A stretch of DNA of 64,000 bases from an uncultured Verrucomicrobia subdivision 3 bacterium (GTDB lineage Bacteria; Verrucomicrobiota; Verrucomicrobiia; Limisphaerales; UBA11358): positions 11,739-75,738 of the forward strand of contig CAITTG010000078.1 of the NCBI GenBank assembly GCA_903895255.1, given 5' to 3'. The translations under genes and the position numbers were made by a program. The notes beneath the pieces were generated by a model, which was not told the origin of the DNA, did no database searches, and saw only the letters and a program-made list of their open reading frames with translations. This document shows, piece after piece, positions 27,467 through 36,600 of the stretch; position 1 is the stretch's first letter; every line of letters begins with the position of its first letter.

Positions 27467-28656
27467 ACCACGAATATATCTCCAGACCCGGCGAGTTCGA
27501 TCCTTTGGAAGCGGATGATTCCGTGACGGTTATCCACCATCAGAAACACACTGGCAAGGAAAAATCTGCAAATTCAAAAGACCCCGTACCGGTGTTGCGG
27601 GTGCGTTCCTTGACAGAAATCCTAAATTATCAGCCACCGACCGGCGCAATGTTGGTAGGTGACGGAATTATTGAACTTGGGGAAACTGCGTTGCTTTTTG
27701 GACCACCGGGCAGCTATAAAAGTTTTGCGGTGGGGCAGCTCATGCTTTACGGAGCACAAGGCTGTGGGACGTGGCTGCGCCACAAGATCAATACCAAGTT
27801 TGCCAGCCTGTGGTTAAATTGCGAAAATGGACCTCGGCGGCTGAAGGACCAGTTTAATCGCATGAACCTTCCCGCTGATGCAGCCGATTACATTCACGTC
27901 ACCGATATCCCGGGGATTTGGAACCTTTCCGATCCACGGTTGATGCTTGAAATTCGCCGGGAGATCGAGGAAAAACACATCTCATTATTAATTATCGATA
28001 CCGTCTCCAACTTTGTGGAGGATGAGTTTGCCAAGCAGTTCGCGGCATTTTTCGCCGCCATCAACACCCTGTTGCACGGGTTGGAACCACGGCCGGCAGT
28101 CTTGCTCTTACATCATTCACGCAAACCCAAGGAATCGGACAAAGGTGCCCGTGGACTTTTGAACCTCATCAGCGGTCATCAAATGTTGCAGCGCCGGGCA
28201 AGGAGCATTTGCTACCTCGGACGCGTGACCGATGACTTCGAAGAAAAAAGGGTTGCGGCGGTCTGGCTTAAGGTTTCCAACAACGGCGAGGCCGAGGGCA
28301 CCAAGACGGCCCTGACGCTGGCGGAGGATGCGACACTGCAACCAATCGAGGGGTTCGATTGGAGCGAATGGATCGGTGGCGGTGGCGGTGGTGGCGAGCG
28401 TAAGGGCAAGGTCAGCGAGGCACATATCCGCGAGATTTTTAAGGAAATTCCCTGGCTTCCGTTAAAGAACGCGGCAACCAGGCTCGAAGCCATTGCCAAT
28501 GTAGGCCGCACCACGGCGTATAAAGCCCTGGAGTGGGACGGGCGTTTCGGCCATTTGATTCGCAACCATCCTACTGACGAGGACCTAATCGGTTTGAGAA
28601 ACATACCGTCACCAGCCGGCGAGCCTAATGCCGCCAACGATCCGGAGGAATCGTGA
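27463..28656 (+). CDS. RecA-like/AAA_25-type ATPase (RepA-like replicative helicase of mobile elements)
   Basis: Walker A LLFGPPGSYKSF, Walker B LLIIDTVSNF, LLLHHSRKP. The likely start GTG 27463 overlaps the primase stop (track start 27424). Confidence 0.6.
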   Translation: MNHEYISRPGEFDPLEADDSVTVIHHQKHTGKEKSANSKDPVPVLRVRSLTEILNYQPPTGAMLVGDGIIELGETALLFGPPGSYKSFAVGQLMLYGAQGCGTWLRHKINTKFASLWLNCENGPRRLKDQFNRMNLPADAADYIHVTDIPGIWNLSDPRLMLEIRREIEEKHISLLIIDTVSNFVEDEFAKQFAAFFAAINTLLHGLEPRPAVLLLHHSRKPKESDKGARGLLNLISGHQMLQRRARSICYLGRVTDDFEEKRVAAVWLKVSNNGEAEGTKTALTLAEDATLQPIEGFDWSEWIGGGGGGGERKGKVSEAHIREIFKEIPWLPLKNAATRLEAIANVGRTTAYKALEWDGRFGHLIRNHPTDEDLIGLRNIPSPAGEPNAANDPEES

Positions 28657-28671
28657 CAACTCTCAATGCAA

Positions 28672-28708
28672 TCCGTCCGGATCAGCCAAAGCGGGTGGAC
28701 GGACGGAC
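28672..28708. repeat. hairpin-plus-16-mer element, copy B (tccgtcc ... gggtggacggacggac)
   Basis: The 16-mer gggtggacggacggac at 28693-28708 is identical to 43172-43187. The upstream complementary half-site tccgtcc is at 28672-28678. Confidence 0.7.
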
Positions 28709-28751
28709 TGACCGATGGATGAGACAAACCAACTTGCACACAAGGCTGCGA

Positions 28752-29492
28752 TCATTGGCTGATTTTGTAAAACCGACGTGGGTAATTTGTGGAGGATGGG
28801 TCGTAAACCACGGTGGACGTATTGGTGCAGGTGAAGACCATGATGTTCGTCCAGTGGATCAAGTCAGTCGAGGCCAGGAGGTTGTAATTTTGACCGATAT
28901 TGCCGTTTACCGTAAGGCGGAACTGGCCGCCGGTGGTTCGTTGGACAGAGGCGAAATTGGGATTGGGCAGGAGAGGCGCGCCGACACCAGGGGCGGCGAT
29001 GGTCAAATCCACCTCGGAGATTTGACCACGGGTGGCGGTGTTGAAGTTGAAAGTGCCGATGGCGGGCGCGGAAATCGTGGCGTGATAATTGGTCCCATTC
29101 ACGGTCAAAAAAACATTGGTGCGGATGTAGCTGGTTGTGCCACTGTTCAAGGAAAGCGCGTTGGGCGAAAGCGAGCTGCTGCCAACCACGGATTCAAATG
29201 GCACTTGCAGTGCGAAGGAATACTGGCCGCTGATGTCCGTCAGCGGCGCGGTGACGGTGACGGGCGCACCGCTGGCGGGCGTGATGGTCCAAGTGAGCGT
29301 GCCGGTGGTGAGACGTGCGTTGCCAGCGGCGGTGTTGCGCACCGCGCCATACATCACCAGACCGGGTTCAGGGATGCCCGCAGCGGACCCGATGGTCGCG
29401 ATGAACAGGCTCAAGAGCGCCAGAAGGGTGGCGAATTGGGGAATCATGGTTTTCAATTTCATAAATTTGGTCTGATTTGGCAATTTAGTCAT
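28752..29492 (-). CDS. 246-aa secreted protein with recurrent C-terminal ...STDL..W(T)...RFYK module
   Basis: Signal peptide MIPQFATLLALLSLFIATIGSAAG. The N-terminal ~95 aa are paralogous to ORF 30247-30597. C-terminus FRLTVNGNIGQNYNLLASTDLIHWTN...YPRRFYKISQ. Confidence 0.6.
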   Translation of the reverse strand: MTKLPNQTKFMKLKTMIPQFATLLALLSLFIATIGSAAGIPEPGLVMYGAVRNTAAGNARLTTGTLTWTITPASGAPVTVTAPLTDISGQYSFALQVPFESVVGSSSLSPNALSLNSGTTSYIRTNVFLTVNGTNYHATISAPAIGTFNFNTATRGQISEVDLTIAAPGVGAPLLPNPNFASVQRTTGGQFRLTVNGNIGQNYNLLASTDLIHWTNIMVFTCTNTSTVVYDPSSTNYPRRFYKISQ

Positions 29493-29576
29493 TATTTACA
29501 GGCACTTTACTCCGGCAAAATCTTGGGGCGGCAATCTCCACTTGAAAACCGCCGGTTTCTGGGGCATCGTAACGGT

Positions 29577-29816
29577 ATGTTACTGACGCTGCCGGATCAT
29601 TTCGAAGCGCGCCTCTCGCCCCAATCCACGGCGTTACATCTGGCCATTGGACTGTTCGTGTCAGATGAATCCACGCTGGGTCAGGCGGCAGAGGTCGCCG
29701 GACTTTCGCAGGCGGCTTTTCTGCGCGAACTGGGGCAACGCCGAATTCCCATCCACTACGGACGCGAGGAACTCGCCGCTGACTTGCAATCCGTTGAAGC
29801 GCTCGCCGCACGATGA
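29577..29816 (+). CDS. UPF0175-family antitoxin (tentative)
   Basis: Only the last 79 codons of track ORF 28653-29816 look real: MLLTLPDHFEARLSPQSTALHLAIGLFVSDESTLGQAAEVAGLSQAAFLRELGQRRIPIHYG. ATGA overlap with the downstream PIN gene. Confidence 0.6.
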   Translation: MLLTLPDHFEARLSPQSTALHLAIGLFVSDESTLGQAAEVAGLSQAAFLRELGQRRIPIHYGREELAADLQSVEALAAR

Positions 29817-30274
29817 TTGTCGTGTCCGATACTTCGCCGCTCACCGCGCTGTTGACCGTGGGTGAGGAAGATCTTCTCCCAAAACTTTTCACCGAAGTCA
29901 TCATTCCCGACGCAGTGCGAATTGAACTGCTCCGCAGCCATGCCCGCCTGCCGGATTGGTTGCGCGTCGCCACGGTGCAGAACTCGGCGCAAGTCGGCGA
30001 ATATTCCAAAATTGTTGATGCTGGCGAAGCCGAGGCCATCGAACTGGCCCAGGAACTCCATGCCGACCGGTTGCTCATTGACGAGCGCAAGGGAAGGAAA
30101 CTGGCCGTGCAGGAAGGTGTGGCGGTGATCGGACTGCTGGGCGTGGTGCTGCTGGCCAAGCGCAAGGCGCTTATTCCGTCTGCGCGGGATTTGCTCCAAC
30201 GTTTGGATAACGAAGCCGGCATGTATCTATCGGCGGACATTTGTAATCAGGCGCTCAAGACGGTGGGTGAATAG
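29813..30274 (+). CDS. DUF3368-type PIN-like nuclease toxin
   Basis: MIVVSDTSPLTALLTVGEEDLLPKLFTEVIIPDAVRIEL...GEAEAIELA...LLIDERKGR is the DUF3368 pattern. Confidence 0.7.
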   Translation: MIVVSDTSPLTALLTVGEEDLLPKLFTEVIIPDAVRIELLRSHARLPDWLRVATVQNSAQVGEYSKIVDAGEAEAIELAQELHADRLLIDERKGRKLAVQEGVAVIGLLGVVLLAKRKALIPSARDLLQRLDNEAGMYLSADICNQALKTVGE

Positions 30275-30597
30275 CTGGTGGTGGCGCTGTTTAGGGGCAG
30301 CGTGTTGGGTGAGAGCGTGCTGCTGCCGACCACGGATTCAAACGGCACGCGCAGCGCGTAGGAATACTGGCCGCTGATGTCCGTCAGCGGGGTGGTGACG
30401 GTGACGGGCGAACCGCTGGCGGGCGTGATGGTCCAGGTGAGCGTGCCTGTGATGAGCCGCGTATTGCTGGCGGCAGTGTTGCGCACCGCGCCATACATCA
30501 CCAGGCCCGGTTCGGAGATGCCGGCGGCGAAGGTGGACAAAGCTGCCAACATAACTATCAATAAACTAACTGTGTATTTCTCGATTTGATTTTTCAT
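30247..30597 (-). CDS. 116-aa truncated paralogue of the 246-aa secreted protein
   Basis: Signal peptide, then GISEPGLVMYGAVRNTAASNTRLITGTLTWTITPASGSPVTVTTPLTDISGQYSYALRVPFESVVGSS, about 85 percent identical by eye to the 28752-29492 product. Similarity ends at ...TTSY, where the TA pair begins. Confidence 0.5.
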   Translation of the reverse strand: MKNQIEKYTVSLLIVMLAALSTFAAGISEPGLVMYGAVRNTAASNTRLITGTLTWTITPASGSPVTVTTPLTDISGQYSYALRVPFESVVGSSTLSPNTLPLNSATTSYSPTVLSA

Positions 30598-30618
30598 ATT
30601 CGAATTGAGCTGTTTGAT

Positions 30619-33600
30619 TTATTGTTTCGGTGGCGCGGGAGCCGGCGGTGGAGGCGCTGGACAGTCCTTTCTAAAACGTTCAGCACGGTCCTTAAATCGT
30701 TGTTGGACGCTTTCGGTCTTATCCGTTGTTTTAGCAAATTCATCAGCAGCATCTTGGCATTTGCCCTCTTTCAAAAGCTGCATCGTTTTTGGCATCGCTG
30801 GCAGTTGCTGTGAACCATTAATTAATTCATCCATCTGTCCTTGAGTTAGCTTTGTTTTCGAATCCTTCAAAGCCTTTTCAAGCCGATTAGCAGCTGCATC
30901 AATATGTTTCTGGGTCTCGTTTTTGCGATCTTCAACGCCCATTCCTTCAAACTTCTTCTTCAGTTCCTCCGGAGTTTTTTCACATGATTTCGGATTCTTT
31001 TGGTCGACAAGAACTCCCCCTGCTCCGGTGCACAAGCCGTTTGAGTCATTAAATGTGTCTGGTATGTCTGTTCGGGTCGTTCCTTCATCTTTGTATAGTT
31101 GCTCTTTCCCAGCATCTGACATTTTAAAGGTTTGAGACGATTCGGTTGCTTTATCGGCTTCAGCCATCCCAGATGGGTCTCGATATCTTAGTGGGTTATT
31201 TAAACAATAAGCATATGAGGTCAAAGTTTGAGGGCTAGCTATCCCACTTTCCAGAACTGCCTGACGCTGGTCTACAGAAAGAAACCTAGACACACCCGCA
31301 TTTAAATAGCGAGCCTCGAAATAGAACAGTGACGTCTCTTCATCTTTCTCCTTCTGCGTGAGATTGTAAGGATCGTGAATGTTTCTGGGATTATATTCTT
31401 TTCGCGATGAACCAAATGCAAAGTTAGCAGATTCGCTCACGAGCATTCCTGCATTATCAGTTAGCACAGATGAACTGCCGAGGTGATCCTCATGGTAATA
31501 CCGAACCCGCAGCGTCGGATCAGTCGGCGTAAGTTGCGTGGCGGCGTCAGCCCGCACAAACAGCACTTCGCCCGGCGCGAGCGTTGGCGGCAGTGAATTA
31601 AAATTCGTCAGCGGCACGGCCAGCGCGATTTGCCAGATCTGGTTTTGCGCGTCGTAACGCCATTCGTTGGTGGCGAGTTGAGCGTTTGAGTTGGTTAGCG
31701 TCAGCGTTTCCAAACCGGGCACGGGCAGGAAATTCGGCCCGCCGGCCACGGGCGAATTCGTCGGGTCGGAATAATTACCGGTGAACGCCAGCACGGCGTT
31801 CGTCGTCGCCTGCACCCACAGCACGCTGCCGGCGGCCAGCGTCGCCCCCGGAGCATTGGTCAGCCAGTTCAGCGTTCCCGGATTCCACAGGTAGGCGGCG
31901 GAAATTTGCGGACTCGCGGCAACGCCCGCTCCGCCGACGACCACGGAAATCAGATTGTAGCCCGGCCAGAGGCGGACTCGCTGCACGCGCTGGCTGCTGT
32001 TCAACGAGCCGGTCACGCGCGCCACGCGGGTGTTGCTGTTCCAGACGTATTTTACCGGAGCGTCGTGGTCGCGGACTTCAAAGTATTTGTCGATGTAAAG
32101 CGTGGTGAGCGTTGGCGAGGCGGGCGCGACGCCGTTGGTCTTGGTGAACACCTGCTTGGTGATGCGGCGGTCGGTGTAATCGTAGGAGTAGCGCGCCCGC
32201 ATTGAGGCATTTTCCACCGCCACGAGCCGGTCTTTGAAATCCCAGGTGTTCGTCAATCCGTCAATCACGGTCATGTTGCCATTGGCGTCGTATGGGTAAT
32301 TCCTGGCAGGGGCGTTGGTGTTGGTAATCAGTGAAAGCGCATGAGGGCCGGGCGGGTCATTTGGCTGCCGGCCAATTCGGCTTGAACGCCCAGAACTGCC
32401 GCCGGAGTTCATGGTGCCGAGATTGGCCACTGGCAGACCGGTCAGCGGGTCGGTATCGGTCAGCGAGGAGGTTTGCGCGAGCATGTTGCCGATACGGTCG
32501 TAACGGTAATTGATCTGGCCGTCGTTGCGAAGCCCGTTGCCAGGGGTGTTGAAGGAGTATTGCGCCTGCGCGATGCGATAGAGGTCATCATAAGCGAAAA
32601 GTTGGGTGTTGCGGCGAGGGTCGCTCGCCGCCACGACCGAAGCCGGGCGATTATCCTGGATGTCCTTGATGTTAGAAACGCCGTCAAAATCGTAACTGAA
32701 GGCAATCAGCGGGCTGGCTTGATTCGTGGCCGGGGCGGTCACCAGTGAATTGAGGCGCAACCGGGGATCGTAACCGTAGGAGGTGGCAATCCCGTTGCCA
32801 TAGTTGATTTGCTGCAATTGGGCGGACGGTTGGTAGAGAATGTTAGAAATCACGAAACCAGATGGACCGCCGGCAATTTGGTTCAGCAAATTGCGTGAAT
32901 TGTAGCCATAACCCACGACATCATTGTCGGGATAGGCTAAGGCTTTGACCCGATCGAGCGAATCGTAGTCAAATCCAGTGCGATAGGAAACCAGCACACC
33001 ATTGAGGGGATCGGGGATGCGCTTCACCACAAAACTTACCCGCCCCCGGGCATCATAACTGGTGTGTTCCTCGCCGGATAAATCCTGCACATAAGCGAGC
33101 ATTCCCAGCGTATTTTGCGGGGTGGCCGTCGTTCCATCGCCAATGGCAATGGCACCGGCCGGCAAGTCATAATGGTACGTCACATCCGGCGGCTCGTTAG
33201 TGGGTCGGTAAAACTCCGCCAGCAAACGGTTAACGCCGTCATAATTATATGAAATGGTCTGGCTTTTGGCGTCCGTGGTTTGGCCAAGGTTTGAGGCATC
33301 GTCATAGGTATAGGTCATGGTCCCTCGGTCGGGATCATTCATGAATAGCTTCCGTTTGAGACCATCATAACGAAACCATTTTTGATTGCCCTGACTGTCC
33401 GTGATGTGCGTCAAATTGTCGTTGAGGTCATATTCGTAGCTGGTAAGCCACGCAGTTTGGACTGAGGCCGGAGTGCCATCGTCATTGAGACGGGTCACTT
33501 CGGAAACTGCCACCAGCCGATCCAAGCCATCTTTGAATTGATGATGACAGTTCAAATATCGGGAAGAAGCCGGCGCGGTCTGTTCCTCGTCATAGAGGAT

Positions 33601-36600
33601 GGTTTCCAAAGGCAAATACACGGTTCGCGTTTGGGTCTGCGCCGCTCCCGGCGTTTCTGTTTCGGGCGGGTTGACCATGGTGGTCACGCGACCAGCCGAA
33701 TCATAAAAGCTGGCCACGTTGGCTGACGTTTCCGGGGTGGGTTGGTAGGTGGCGCTGGAAACCACGTAAGGCAGGAAAGACCGGCGTTCCTCTCCCTTGC
33801 TCGAATACAGCTTGAAATCCTTGGCCACCCATTGCCCCGCCACGTCATTTTCCTCCAATGAGCCCAGTTTACGTCCCATGCCATCGGTGAAGCTTACGGT
33901 GTCAAACGTGCCAGCCGTCCCGGCTTGCGTCCGCTGATGGGTGGTGACGGAATTGACGACGGAGGGATCGGCAGTGTTCACCAAGGTCAGATTGCCGGTG
34001 GCGTCGTAGGCGTAATAAATTTGCCGGAAGGAATCACCTGGCGTGTAGGCAAATGTGGCCGTGGGAAACTGCACGGAATCACCCGGCTTCACAATGCCAA
34101 CCAGCCGCCAAAAGCTGTCGTAGAGATAGCAGGTGGCGTTGCCGTTGAAATTGGTGGAGGCCAGCATCACCCCGGCCCCGTAATCGTAACTGGCTTGAGC
34201 GACCAGATCCGGACTGCCATTGCCAACGTGAATAGTTTCGGTGGTCACGAATGTTTCAAATGCCGGGTCGTAGCCGTATTCCTTGCTGTGTCCCAAACCG
34301 GTTGCCTGATAAAGCGGGTCAGGGGTTTCCACCAAATTACCATAGGAATCATAGCGGTTTCGGACCGTGTTGATGCTCGTGTTCGCGGGCAGGCGCGGAT
34401 CGCCAGTTTGGTTCGTGATGGTGGCAAATGCCGGAATGGCGTCGGCCCCGTTGACCAAAGATACCTCTCGGGTCATATCGCCAAAACCGCCCACTTGCCC
34501 CAGCGGCAAACCAATGAAGTCGTCCCCGTCGTAATAATTGTCAGATTCGGCAACGAACACCCCGTTCGCATCCGTGGTGCGATGCGTGGCGGGCAGGCCG
34601 ATGATCCAGGCGTTCAAATTAAAGGCGTAGGTGTTGTAGGTGAAACGCTCGTCGCCGATATAAGCACCACGGGAAACCTCGCCGTAATTCCGCTCGGCGA
34701 TCATGTTGCCATAAAAATCATAGTCGTTTTCGACGTACGTTTCCTTCGGAGTTCGGAGCGGGGTGAATGCGTCAGAACCCGCCAGCGTGCCGTTGGCTTC
34801 CAGAATTTCATTCGTGTGGCTGGCCAGAAAGGCAAACTGCACACGATTGCCATCCGTGCTGGGGTAGGGCAGTGACAATGCCGGATTCACCACCCCAAAG
34901 GCGTCTTGATAAACAAAACCATTGGTTGGCGTGTGAATCAGCTTGATGCGCCAGTTGTTGATGTCCCGGCTGAAAACCACGGCGTCATTGGCCATTTGCC
35001 CGTCCGTTTGAGCAGGATACGAACCGCCAAAATCAGCCGTCGGCAAGGTGACCTCACTCCATAGCACTTTGCCTTTGAGCGGTTCTTCGATGTATCCCGC
35101 AATGGGATCAAAATTGTCAACCAGACCCGAGCCCGTGTAGTCAGTGCCATCGGGCGTGCCAGTGAGGAATTTGTAACGGGTGATGGTGGAGGGGGAATAA
35201 ATTGGAATCTGCTGGGGGGTGCCGATGAACTGGTCGTCGCCATGATCAATTTTCTTGGCGAAGCCGAAACCGCGAAACTCCTTCATGAACGGGTCGTAAA
35301 AGCCGTCGTAAAAGGAAAATTCGGTGATGTATTGATCACCGCCCGGAACGCCGTCCAGGCTTAGTCCGATTGATTTGGTGATTTTGCTGACCACCGTTGA
35401 GGGAAACGGCAGGCGCGTGTGCCAGGGCACTCCAGCCTGCCACGCAGCAGCATAATAATCTGTGGTGGTCTTGTAGGTGATGCTCGTGCGCAGGCCGATG
35501 CCATTATCAATCACGCTGAGAAGATTGGGCTTGGCCGTTCCCAGAAAATCATAAAATTGGGTTTGGTAAGCCCTGGCCACCGGGTCGTAATTTTCCCAAA
35601 TAAAATCCGTGGAGCCATTGCCATTGATGTCCGCCTGGCGCAACACCGTCACGCCGCGTTGGTATGTCGGCATTCCCGTGCGGATAAATTGTGGGGAAAA
35701 CGAACCGTTTCCCTGGTTGATCCAATAAAGTATGTAGTTGTAGCCAACCGCCACGATGTCGGAAAGCCCGTCCCCATTGATGTCCATGACATACACGTCA
35801 TCCGCGGGAATCACCCCAAGGTCGATGGTGCCGTTCATGATCTGACGATTGCCCCAAACCCCCCAGCCTTTGTTTGGCCAGTAGGTGACTTGCAATTTTG
35901 TGCCGGCCACGGATAACCGCACGAGGTCAAGCAAGCGATCCCCGTTCATGTCCGCCAATTTCACATATTTGTTGGCCACCGGGGTGCCACCAGTGCCGGA
36001 AGCGCTAAATTGGACATTATCGCCGGCGGTGATGTCCCCCATGGCTGGATCTCCGAACAAATGAATCCCGTCCTGCTGCCAGCCATTCGTGTTGTTGTAA
36101 AAGTAGGTGAACCCGTAAAGCGTCGTTTGCATGTAATCCATGCGCTTGTCGCCGTTCAAATCCAGGGTCCGGGCGCTGGGATCATTCAGATTGAATGGTG
36201 GAAAGGGCGTGGGGAAAGATTTCAATGCACCCCAGGACGGATGCCCTTCGTCGTTGTTGGTGAGCGAGGTTGTGTTGGGGTAATACCCGAATAAGCCGGA
36301 TGAAGTTCCGGTTTTCAGCACAAGATCCACTTTGCCGTCCCCATCAAAATCGGCAAGTTCAACATTGCCACCACTGAGGACTTGATTGGGATAATTGACG
36401 AAGGCCACGCCATTGCTGAACACCCCATTACCCAAATTGTAATAAACCTTGTGTTTACCGGTGAGCGGATCGGTATAAAGCAAATCCGGCAACGAATCGC
36501 AATTGACGTCCACCATGGCCATATTGGCATCACCCAGGGAAATGGGAGGCCGATTGGTGAGGGTGCCTAAAATACCGGTGGACGTATCAAACCGGGTATA

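Noticed and set aside
28653-29816. 387-aa plus-strand ORF
   Set aside because: Its first ~300 codons are antisense to the 246-aa secreted-protein gene and translate to Gly/Arg-rich nonsense. Only the last 79 codons (29577-29816) form a credible UPF0175-like antitoxin, coupled to the PIN gene.
29485-30240. 251-aa and 147-aa minus-strand ORFs across the TA pair
   Set aside because: They are antisense to two genes with recognisable family signatures. The translation is Ser/Arg/Ala-rich without motifs.
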